A DNA stretch of 64,000 bases from Lepidodermella squamata (taxonomy: Eukaryota > Animalia > Gastrotricha). The notes beneath the pieces were generated by a model. That model did no database searches. It was given only the letters and a program-made list of their open reading frames with translations, and was not told the DNA's origin. Shown here piece after piece: positions 10,751-23,500 of this stretch. Made by a program: the position numbers and the translations under genes. The stretch is taken from positions 434,001 through 498,000 of the forward strand of contig JBLDXI010000009.1 of the NCBI GenBank assembly GCA_047495785.1, in the 5' to 3' direction. Each line of letters starts with the position of its first letter. The stretch's first letter is position 1.

Positions 10751-13700
10751 GAAAAATAGTCGAAAGGCTTTGCGATCCGGCGATGGTTATCTCCGCATTC
10801 GCTGAACACTAAGCAGAGTGTAGCTGAATGCAAGAAGCCCGCGGGATCAATGGGCATAACTTGCTGCTATGTTTTGACATCTTTTATTTTAGAATGTGTG
10901 ATAAAATCACATGCTTTGACTGCAGATAAATAGCCAGCATAACTTCGAGTAAAACATGCATGTGAAAGGCTGCTGTGGACAAATTAGAGCTGCTTTCATA
11001 CATACAACTCCGGATAACTAAAATGTATGCAGCTTATTTTATTACGCACCGCAGCCACAGTTTTAATACCAAAAATCTTCGGCTCTTCATTTGAAATTCC
11101 CTGGACGATTGTAGCCAGAATGAATTTATGCGCAGTGCAAACTGAAATCTAGTTTAACTGCAGAGATTCGAGAGTTCGAAATACGTGAAACAAGTATTGC
11201 AAAAGGTGTTTTCAAGTATATAAGAACGTGCAGTGAGTGAGTTTATGGGAAGCTGCCGAAGTTCCTGAACCATTTTTACGCTAATTTTTCTTCATCGTCA
11301 TCATGAAACAAAACAAAACGAAACACGTTTCGGCAGATGAGAAACCGCCGAAGAGTTTTTTCTACAACTGATAAACTTGCTGGTTAAAATGCTAATTCGT
11401 CCGCCATTCCGTAATTTCATGCTAATTTTACGCGCATACTACGAAAACTTGATGCGGGTGCAAAACCCGAATGTCCGCTCTTCGGTCCATCAGCGTCCGA
11501 TATATTATGGCAAACGTTCTTGTCATCGCCTTTGGCCGCGACGACACTTTGTTTGTGGTTGTTGCATACTATATTGTATTACAATTACACCATGTCTTAA
11601 TAGTATTTAGCGCCGCATCGTATCGATGCGCTTGTGAGACTATTCGAAAATAATAATCTGCCGACAAAGTTCCACGCGTGGCGACTACTGCGCGCGGAGA
11701 TGCGCTGTTGCCGCGCATGAGGCGTCGCTCTACACTTTTCTCATGTACCGTCGTTTTCTGGGCGAGCCCCACCACTCAGCCTTAATGCAATGTAATAATG
11801 AAGGAAGCGGCCGAGGAAGCGCAGCCGGGTCTCATTGCTCGACAACTCGCCATGGACGCTGTGTTATTTCGTGTGAAAGTGAGCCGCGCCCGGCGACGCG
11901 AGTTTTACAATACGCCAGAGATGCGCCAAATTTTCGAACATTAGCATGTGTTTTAGCCGGATCTAATAGCGCATAACACTATTATAGAAACACGCTGGCG
12001 GATTATGAAGATATTATTATTATTATTATTATTATCACGCTTTCAAAGCTGCGCAGCCGGCGATTGGATGCCGATGACTTATTTTTGGGGACTAGATTTC
12101 ATGGCTCGGCATTCTTTTAGGCAATCGGTGTGCCGGCTAACTATGCTCACTTTTATGAAGCGCTATCTCAGCATGCGGGGATGCAATAATAAAGGCATCA
12201 ATTCATGCGCTTTTTGTTTCTTCGCAGTCGTCGTTTGAGAGAGGAACTTGAAGACACGCGAGTCGCAGCGAAATCATTGATCATTTTTCCTCTTTTTTCA
12301 GATCGTCCGTCGCCGTTTTTTTCCTCTCAAGAAAAAAGTATCACCATAGCTATTAGCTGCGTTTTCTGCATTATTATTATTATGATAGGGGAAATAATGA
12401 TGATTTTTATTATTATTATGACGGTTTCGATTCTTCAGTTGTGACGAACAAACACACAGCGCCGCCGTGCTATTATTATATCGGCCGAGGAGTAGTAGTG
12501 GATTTGCGCAGATACGTCGTCGATAGCCGTGCGACTGGCGATGGATGCACTTGCGCCATGCGACAGCAGCGCGGCCGCAGCTTATACTTGCCACATAAAT
12601 AAACAATTCTATGCAAAATTTGCATCGGACCCGTTGCAACTCGCCCCGTCATATTATTTTTTTACACCGTTGCCATGTCGATGTCTCGTGTAATGACACG
12701 CGCGCCAAAAAACGCGCGCAACTATTAGCATAGATGTCCGCCCTTGGAACCGCAGTAATATATGCCGGCTGTAATAATGATGACGGCTGCGTAGCTGTGT
12801 AGTATCGCCGCCACTGTCACTGCTGGGAATAGTGACGTTTTTGTAGAAATTGCCACCGTCGCTCGGCCGTATCGACACGCGGTCCGTCTTATAGCTGCTG
12901 CTATTTCTGCTGCCGCCGCCGCTGCCCATTTCTCGCCGCGGCTTCGACGCCGCGGTGCCCATCGATATAGTTCATTAATCCACGCGAGCCGCTAGCCTAT
13001 CGCCGGCACTAGTACCTAGTAGTAGCGGCTGGCTCGTCAGCTTTAGTCTTGAGTATTAACAATTTATTACTCGTCAATCGACATGGCGCATCTTACAACT
13101 GCTACGTTTAGCAACTTTTCAACGTAGTATCTATCTATCGTTGGGGCAGCGCTAACCGGGCTGCGACCGCGAAAAGACTAACGCAAGTGCCGGCTAAGCA
13201 GGGCGCAAATATATTACTTAATTTGAATATACGATCACCTGCCTGTAACGATTTTATAACAGCGACTTGTCGTATTATTTCAAGTGCCTTTAACGTGTTC
13301 CGCTTCACATTTACGTTATAGACTAGTCGCGATGATTTTTTCCACACGTAATGCTACTATAATGCACATGCGGCTGCTTTGATTTAATATTATACTGTAG
13401 TATATGGCGGATGCTTTAGAATTTTTTTTTCCTGACAAAAAAATAATCACACCCGGCATTTATTGTACTACGCTATGTACAAACGCGACTCGAAAGCCGC
13501 TCGGGAGTTTTGCCGTGCTGTCGCTCGCAGCACCTCGATTGGCATGTGTTTAGACCTATTATGTGTAAATGTGCTATATACCGGCGTTCCTCGGCGAGAT
13601 CCAGTGCGGCGCCAGAAAAAGCTTCAGCTCTCTCTAGTATCAGTAAGCAACTGTTAATCAGCTCGCCCGTCATCAATTCAAATTTCAGATGATGGACGTA

Positions 13701-13986
13701 TTGAGAAATCGAATGTTTCATCCTCAGTAGTTTGACTTCCACACATCTGCAGTGTTTAGCGTTTTTTATGCCTGAAAATTCGATAAATGCACGCCCCACG
13801 CTAGTGCTATTATTATGGCGAGTCAAGCAGAAAAAGACTCCAATTCTTTGCGAGTGAACATTTTCGCACTCGCGGCGTAATGCCTTTTAATTAGCCAGCA
13901 GCTAAGAGGCGGCCATAGTCAGTTACTACCCTACTGCACGATAAATTCTCGCAGAATTAGAAAAATTCCGTCCCAAATTTACGTGA

Positions 13987-14006
13987 GTGTGTGTGTGTGT
14001 GTGTGT
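13987..14006. repeat. (GT)10 microsatellite
   Basis: Direct reading of the sequence upstream of the RIM-BP first coding exon. Confidence 0.9.
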
Positions 14007-14583
14007 TGTGTTTTGCCGAATTTCATAGGCCGTAAAAAAAATTCCGCATATCGAGTGACATATGTCTCTTGCGCGTGGCCGTAATCAAATTTTTTTATTG
14101 CCTTATTACCGGGCACATGCCAATACACGCGCACCCAAGACATCTATCGTCACTAAAGTATGTGTACTATAAATCAAGTCGCACAGCCGAAGAGACTGCG
14201 CCAACATTTTTATGCTCTCAACGAGCTTGTGCCATGTTTTTTTACTCTCGAAACGCCTAAAAATTATGGATTTCTAGGTATCCGGCCGCTTTTATCGGCG
14301 GTCATCAATATACCACGTTCATTTTTTCGCAAAGTACTCTAGGTTTTTAATACAGTGCCTTGTGATATGGCGAGCAGAATGATGCTCCATTTTTAGCTGA
14401 TTCCTTATATATCTGTCAATCGGCCAGTGACTGCCCATAGATTGCGTGGGGCGAGAAAATCATCGATCACGCAACAGCTGACTTAACAAATCGAATGAGC
14501 GGAAACGCATAGCATGAGCAGGTCACGCTTCAAAATGATATGAATCGATTGAAAGCTTCGGCTGATACGATGCTGTCGCGCCC

Positions 14584-17500
14584 ATGACCTCGATAGAATT
14601 CGACGAAGTATCCGACGACGACTTGCTGTTCCCGTTCTTAGGCGGGCGCGACGAGGCGCCGACGTCGCCGTCTCGCGACGAACCGCGCCAGTCGTCTACA
14701 TCGCTGACGGATCTGCTTGAAAATGAGGTAAATACAGGTGGTCTTTTATGAATAATAATCGCAATCTTGATCGCTCACATGCTCGCCGACTGCGTTCTCC
14801 TTCCGTTAGAAGCAATCAGCGGCGAAAAAAAGCGATCACCGGCCTACTTAATGTATGCAAGTGTAAATAGGTATGCAGGTAGTAGGGTCGAAGCCATTCT
14901 CGCTCGATTATTAGGCCAAGAGTGAAAACAAGGCCCGGCTTGCGGTAAATTCTGCGTAACGATCGAATCAATGCCAGCCGCGATAATCCGTGGCGCATGA
15001 AAAGAAGCTAAGCACACCGATGTCGCGCGATTGATTGACTTTTCTCCCCCACAAGTTATTAGGTAGGTACCTACGTACGTGAGTATATGCAGGCGAGAAT
15101 GAACTTCTTCCTTCTCGTTAATAATCACGCCGATTTTTTTTATCGACGAGCTTCCGTCGGCTGTTCGTCACCGAGCTCTGTTTGCATACATATTACTCGG
15201 CTATCATAATCGCCTATGATAAACAAGCGAGAGCGTGCGGATATTATCAATAATTATCATCATTTTCAACAAGTTTTACATTGATTAGAAATTTAGCGCG
15301 TGAAATTCGATGCGCACCTCAGACCGCCTTAATTTTGTTAACAAAGCCCTGCGTGATTTTTGAGAGGTATCGCTATCGTCGCAAAATTCGCATGGCGTCC
15401 TGTTACTGCGGCGACTACATCAAGGCCTGAGATATAACTCGCGTGTTTTTTACACCTAGTTGTTTTTTTCATCTGCTACTAGCTCGCCAACAATAGCCAA
15501 CAATCGTCGAAGCCTGAGGCCGGAGTGCCGGAAGATGGCGGCGGTGTCACCAACGCCGCGAGCAACTCGTTGTCGTCGCTTCTGTTTGCGCCGTCGTGCC
15601 ACAGCCACGAATCGTCGACGGGTGACGACGATCGCATCCGCGAATTTCTCGCCGAACTAGCCGCCAGTGAATCGTCGGCGACCCCGCGCCTCGGCAGCCG
15701 CTCTGTCACACCGTGCGTCTTCATGGACGACCCGCCACCGATAAGCGCTCAAGCGGAACCATCGGCGCCTCCTGACGATACTGATGCGACCGTAGAATCG
15801 GTCGATTTAGAGCAGCAAAATGTCGTAAGCGCCGAAGTCGAAACCGCAGCCAGTCCTGATGGCGATGAGATTGTCATGTCGCCTCTGGATGCCTTCACAA
15901 CATCCTTCGTGTGGGATAAGAGCGCCGATGAGGTGGACAAGTCACCCGGTCAGCAGCAGCAGCAGATGCCTGTCCTAACTGAATCATTAACAAATGAAGC
16001 CATCGCCGAAGCGGGTGAGATTTCGCAATTTTTAAGCTACTCTAGCCTAGTGAAAATTATATAGTGGAGAGAGAAATTATTTCAAATACCCTATGCATTT
16101 TCGACCCAGTGAAATCCAAATTCTTTGAACAATTGTCCATCCTTTTTTTTTTAAGAATTTCGGGTTTCTTAGCAGTGATATCTGGGGGTATTCACAGAAT
16201 GTTTGTAATTAGCGATCGATAACATGTTGTGTTTTAATAAAATTAGGCAATGATGCGATCAACGATGATGATGGTCAAGACGGCGTGGCCGACTATTTTT
16301 TTCCAGTGGAAGAAGACGAGCAAGACAACGAGATGCTCGATCAAGAGCAGGGAGCCTGTGATGAGCCGGCGCCTGAGCCGCCCGCCACCGAGCTAGCCCA
16401 TGCCCTCTCGCAAGCTTCGTCGATAGCCGGTGACGATCGAGAGGCGATGACCGTGCCGCGCGAAGCGTCGCAAGATTCAGTTGCTACGCTTCACAATTCA
16501 TCAACGTCACTGTCAACTGCTGTGGTCAATGCCGCAACGCCGCCGAGCAGCCCGCAGAAAAATAACGCGAATGATACTGCTGCTGAATGCCAGCAAACAG
16601 AACAGCCCGTCACTGATGGTTAGTTTAGTTCTTTTTACTGAGCTGAACTGTGGCTGCAAAAGAGCGATTATTCGCTACCAGTTTTGATTGTATTATTTAT
16701 TTTATTTACATATAATAGTATACTATAGTTCTAAGTATTTATGCATTTAGTCGCCAGCCTGTCGTGTTAAAGTAGAGCCCACAATATTGCTTCAGATCGA
16801 ATATTTATCCAGTAAAAAAATCGAAAATTAGGCGATAGCGATATCGCTATTTGCTATTCACAACTGCGGCTGTGAGCGCTTTGAAAGGCTGGCGGTCAAT
16901 AACCTGCAATTGTGGCCTCTGCCATCGATTTTGTGCGCTTCCGCGTTGAGGTATGCTGCCAGCTTCGTGCCGCAGTAGAAGGTGTTGATTAATAGCGTGC
17001 CGAGGGAGCAATTTGACGATTTTTTTTCTCCCCTCATAGTTAATTGCGCAATGCAGTTCTCTAAACTTTTTGCTATAATAGCCGCATTCTCGCCGCCTGT
17101 GTGCATTACTTGTGTGTTAGTTTTTCAGATATTTGAGGCAAACTCATTTTTAGATTGATTTCAAGCGAAAGATGCCGCGCTAAGAAATTACAGTGAGGCG
17201 ATAGATAGCTGCTAGCTAACTTGGAAGTTCTGTCGGTCGTATTATTTTCCAGTAGCCGACTTGAACAATTTTTGTTTCGTTGCTTGATTTTTTGAACGCA
17301 AAAATGCTCTCTATGAACTAGTTTAGCCAATCGATTTGGGTATTAACTCATCATTTACTATTCATCGTTATATTGGCCAGCCAAGTTTTCTAGGTCATTA
17401 AACGTATTGCTTGTGGCTCGCGATGCCTCAGGCGATGCTAAATATACATTCGATGATGTAGGCTTATTTTACAAAAAATATCTATTGCTTTGTAAGCTGT

Positions 17501-20500
17501 TGTTGTCGAGTCCTTAGAATCTTATAATATTGAAGATGGCAATTGCGTAGTCATTATGGAATTTAGCTGGCAACAAACGTATAGTCTACTGCTTGATAAA
17601 TGGTTCCTCTAGATTAGTAATATGAAGGTTCTCATTTTCATAATTCGTGTGACCTTCACATGCCCATATAAGCTTTGGATTATTGAATTTAGATATCTAG
17701 TGACCGTAGGTATGCGGACTGATTTCCGATAAAGGCTCGCGAGTTAGGTATGTTGATTGGAAAACTAGAAGGCGTAAGGGCTTGTAGGAGCCCGTAAAAC
17801 CTTCTTCATCAGCGCTGGACTCTCGAATCTGAATTACGCTCTTGTCCCGCCAATTCCATTATGCCGTAAGCGAAGAGCGAGGGTCGATAGCTAGAAAAAC
17901 GTCTCCCTCATTGCGGAACTTTGAATTTTTTTTAGAAATTTTAGCCGCACTTTGCGCTCTTTTCTTGAAGGGCTGAGTGCTGATTAAGGTTAGGATTTAA
18001 TTTCAGTTTGGGAAACAATGACTAAGATCATGTGGCCATAGGACCTGGCCCAAGTTTAATAACAATTTATTGGCCTCCTTAAATTTGAAATCTAGGTATG
18101 CAGTCTGTAATGAAAATGTTTTTCTCATTGTAGAGCCCGTTGCAGTGACTGTTAAAAGCAGCAGTGACGACTCGCCGGAGCAGCCGCCCGAGTCGGCGCC
18201 CAGCGACCGCCTGTTCTTAGCCGCGCGATCTGATTCGTACGCCTTGTCCCTGGCGTCGCCGCTGGTGATGGCGACGCCAGCGTCCGACAGCCCAACCGCG
18301 ACGGCGACGGCCGACAACAGTCAGGCCTCGAGCGTCGGCGCCGTCACACCCGCAGAAGCGCCGCAGCGCCTGTTCGCGACGAATCGCTTCAACCCGTTTC
18401 TCGTCGAAGCAGCGTCCGACCACTCGTCTGTATCGTCCTCCGCCTTCCACGTGACGCCGCAGACCGAGACCGTGCCGCCTATGCCGTCGACTACGACGCG
18501 CGTTATCGCCACCAGCACGGTCATCAACCACGCCTTCGCCAACACTGCTCGCGTTCTTTCACCGCCGCCGCCCGCAACTGCAACCCGCGCTACCTCGCCG
18601 CCGGCGTCGCCTTCCACGACTCACGCCAGCCTGCCGCCCGTACCCGCCTTCCCAGCAGCGATACCTCCGCCGCGAGTGCCGCCGCAAGACCTGCCGACGA
18701 GTCCGTCGCGGCGCCCGCCTCCACCCGTCACCTCACCCCCGCTACTGCTGCAACCACCATCGCCGTCTAGCCAGCCCTCGGTGGTCCTCGTTCATGGTGC
18801 TCAAGTTCCTCTTCGTCCTTCCCACCAGCCGCAACAACAGCAGCAGCAGCCGCCGCCGCCGCCGCCGCCGCCGTATCTAGGCTCTCCGGCGTCGCGCCCA
18901 TTGCCGCCGCCGCCTCCTCACTTTTTCCAGCAACAACAGCCCTCGCCGCCAACCATGCATCGGCCATTACCACCGCCGAGTCCTCTTGCTAGATTGGCAA
19001 CTTCACCTAGTGTTGGAGCCCACCCGGCCTTCCTGCCACTTGGCGTCGACTCGCCATCAGCTGCCGTGGGGTCTCCGAGCGGTGTTATTCCGCCGATTAA
19101 CGGCTCAATTCAATACTCGGCCGACACCGAATGTTTCCTACTTCGATCTAAAGTGCTAGAGCAAGCGAAGCTTATTTCACAATTGTCGGTTCACATTGAG
19201 AAAATTCGCACCGAGAACAAGGCGCTTGATCAGCGGTACAGCTCTCTGCAAGAAAACAGTACGTTCTGCGCCAAAGAGTTGGAGAGGCTTCGCGAAACCA
19301 GCATTAACATGGAAACCGAAGTCGCTATCAAGGTAATTGATCATGCATATTTTAACGTATTTCCAAGTTTTTGCCGGGAGGTGATACATAAAATTGAAAA
19401 ATCCTTTCCCTGTTAACAAGATGGCTTCCACTCGAGATTTGTGCTTTGAATATTGCGGCTGCGATGGCCGAAAACAAAAGGTTACTCTCGATCTTGTTAG
19501 ATGACAACCCCAATTTCACCCTAATTCCAGTCGTAAACAAAAAGCACCATTTTCTTTCAGTATTTTTGCAATAAGTGCTATATCAGTGGAATTATTTGTT
19601 TGGCTGCTGCAGCTGTATACTTACTGACTATTGATGATGCCATTTTGGTCACTTTTACTCTGTTCAGAAAATTTTGTGTTGTAGTGGATACACTTAAAGA
19701 TCACATATATTTTTGCGCCTTTTGCGTTCAATTATCGATCATATCTGCGCCTACTTACATCCGTTGATTCGATAGCTCGCGGTCATATTTCAGCTGCTGA
19801 ATCTTAATAAAAGAGTACTTGTCAAAAATTGTCGGCGCCTGGTCATGGCTCGCGTTAGCTTTCAGCTCTCAGCTGCACTTGTCGTGCAATTTTTAGTCGA
19901 GAATGAACTCCTGAGTTGCCAGTTGAAGTAGGCTTTCGCTTCATTGTTGTAGTTCTTGTTCTTTAAAAGCCCATCCTACTTCTGAAGGGCGCGAATTTCC
20001 ATGCAGGCGCTGCGCCAAAAAAAATTAGCACGTTCAAGCTTTGGCCTAATAATTTTTCAAGTCACAAGTTTTCGTTTCGAATCCTTTGTGCTCAATAACA
20101 TGCTGTGATCGCAACTCACCTGAACGTCAGCACCTGAACGTATCAAAATGCAAGTTGCCATTAGTTTGGGCCCGTTGTTGGGCAAATACTAACATGCTAA
20201 AATTGTCTGCCAAAAAATTAGAACACAATAATAAGAGCTTAATGTTTCTTAAAAATCGACCTAATTTTAGTTGCGGAATTTGTCTGTAGACGACTATTTT
20301 AATGATTTCCAATTACTCTGTTTCCCGCGCAGGTGGAGATGTGCGAAACACTGAAGCAGGAACTCGAAAAACAGGTTTGTGGTTTTTTGCAGTATCGGTT
20401 GTACCCTCGCCATTGTGCATGCCGGAAATAGAACACGCTTTTCACCCTAAATAATCTTGGTTGGTAATTTTGGAGCGATCGATTATTTTATAGGCTGTGG

Positions 20501-23500
20501 CGATTCTTTGATCCATTTTCGTCTTTCAGTTGCATCCAACTTTTAGTAAAGACATGACAAAACACTTGTGCCGCTATTTTTAGCCATTCTCACAATTTGG
20601 ATGGCTGCGGAAGTAGAATCGAAGTTGGCGCTGCGTTGTCATTTTTGCATCTTTATTGTGACGCCTAGCTATATGCGCTCAGAGCCAGTTATCAGGGGTG
20701 ATTATTGTGGAAAAATCGAAGCCTGATTATATGCGCGGCGTGCATATTCGCGCACAACAAACAAGTGACCAGTGTGTCTTGTCGCCGCGCCTTCGCCGGT
20801 TCGATCGAACCGAGTTTCGTCTGCGCACATGCCGCGCATAATTGAAACACGCACCCGTCGTTATTATTATTATTATCATTGTTGTTTTTATGCCGTCGCT
20901 TTTTTCTTCTTATGAGCTTAAAAATACAGACTTTTGAGTCATTCCTTCGTTCACTCTCGCCTTACTTGGCCTGTGTTACTAGTGGCGTCTCGCCATTTTA
21001 TTGTTTTATTTATCTGTTTTCAGGGCAGCTTTCCTGACGTGGCTTAAAATTTACGAACTTTGCCACGAAATGGAACTCTGCCTGGTTACGAAGGTTACCT
21101 TAGCTTTTCGGCGGATTTATAGCTTTGTAAATATATATAAATGGGACTCACGGGGCCGAGAAAAGAGGAAAGCCGATCGTTTTGTGGGATTGGACTGCGA
21201 TAGGCCTATTGCTGTTGTTATTTTCATGTGTTTTATATTTTCCATATTTAAGGAGGGGAAAAGGAAAGCCATTATCGTTATTATTATCATTATTATTATT
21301 ATTATTATTACTAGCGGCTCTATTATTAAATTTATTATGATTTCTGTTTGTATTATTTTGTATACATGTGGCGCACGATAGGTTTAATGCTGTTTGTTTG
21401 TCGTGAAAATCGTAATGGAGAGTGATGCGAGCGAGACGCGCTTACGAGCGCGAGGGAGAAAGCGGCAATGACGGGCGAAAGTGAAGACTGATTTGCCTGC
21501 ACGCGTGCATTATCGAAAAAATTTCAAGATTTCACCCATAGAATGCACACACACACAAACATATGAGTGAGTGAGGCAGGCAGGCAAGCAGGCTGGCAGG
21601 CAACAAGCCGGCTTTTGCTTTTGCGATCACGTCGCCACAGCGATGATTGCTGCAGCAGTGATTTAGTAGCAGTCGTAAAAATATTAGTGGAACGGAGTAA
21701 TAAAGTATGCGGTTCGTGTCGATAATAAACGCAGTCGATAAGATGACGAGTGAGAGTAATATACTCACAATCACCGTCATTTCTTCTCGTGATTGGATCA
21801 AATCTGACATATCAAACTGTTCGCAAATCAATAGCCAAGTACCGCGACAGCACCACATTGCAGCGACGCGAAGTAGAGCTCGGAGACCAACAGCGATCTC
21901 GCCCATCTCGGCGTTATTATTAATGAGTTTCTTCTTCTTCTTCTTCATCTTGATATTATTGCTATTGTTATTAATATTACTACTAGTGTAACATTTTTAT
22001 TATTATTATTGGGACTGTCGATAAAATGTGGATGGCCATTCGATATGTGCACATATATTTATAGCATATATGCGACGATTTTTACTTCCTGATCGTAACT
22101 CCTCGCCTCGCCTCGTCGCATCTTTGTCGCCCAGTTGGCTCGTGATGCTAAATAGCATGTAGCACAGAGAGACACATAGAGATAGTAGTAGCCCTCGCGT
22201 GTGCCGAGTGCGTGCCCGCAAGGCCCGTGATCACATAGCCGTCGAAGGAAGCAGCAAATGCGCGAGTTCGATTTATTAAAAAGCGCAGCGTATCGCGAGA
22301 CATGCGCCATGTTCCTACTCTGCAGCTAAATGTCATTAGCGTTAGAACAATGTGGCGCTTTTTACGACCGCTGTCTCGCTTAATCTACCAGGCGCATCTT
22401 CATCATCATCATCATCGCCCGCGCCTCATTGCCATGCGTGATCTGCGCCCACCCGTTAACACTCCTCATCATCATTATAATCATCGCCTTGCCGACCTAT
22501 AAGGACAATACCAATCGCGGCGATGATGTCTGCGATCGACAACTATGCCCTTGTCCCTAGCCGCATGTCCCGTTTTAATTTGAAAATGACACCCGACGTT
22601 ATTTATTCGCCACCAAGCTGCGCCTCCGGCACTATCTTTCTTAGTAATCGCATCATAATATGCCAGTAGGGATGTTCAAGTGGCAATAACAACAACAACT
22701 ACCGATATGTGGCGCGGAACACTTTTCTGAATATATTGCGTTGCTATCGACTAATTTTACAAGCGCCTGCCTGCAGTCATCATGTCAACGCGTTGAAGCG
22801 ACCTCTGATCTGTGATAATGCTGTATCGTCATCAGCCACTTCTCCGTAGGATTTAACCGATACGCGTTTTTATTAATACCGCGCTAACTGAAACCCTTGT
22901 TGTAGTATACATTCTACTTGATGCTTAGCTGTGCACATTGTAGCGAGTTTGAGGTACGTCGCATGTTTCCCCAACCCTCTCAGCGTATGTAAAAATTATT
23001 GATTCTTCAGGGAGAAAAAATCAGTAAACCCGGTATGAGATAATCACTCATCTATCATCTTGAGTGAATTTTTCCCACTCGTTTTATTAAAAAGGCGACT
23101 CTTTCATTGATTTTTCTAGCGCTCTTGCGTTGCGCCTACACTTTCGTTTTACTAGTTCGGCCGTATCATAAGCGGAGAATTATGCCGAAGAGCTTGTCGT
23201 TTGGCCATTTGCATTCGCTCTCCATTGTCCAAGCAATTAATTGAAGTAGCCGCAGGTGCATTTGTAGGCAAAGCTTTCGCATTTCCCTCGTTCTATTTTT
23301 AGATTTCGCCGATGTATATTTTTGCCTGATAGAGAAAAAACACGTTATATTATATAGTCGATCGCTCTAAAAGGACTGCAAGATTGCACTTCGAAGATTC
23401 TTCACTGTCATTGTACCTTAATTACTTTTATATGAGATGAATTAATTCTATTTTAGAAAGCGCTGGAAGAGCAGTTGATAAATGAGTTGGAGATACAATC

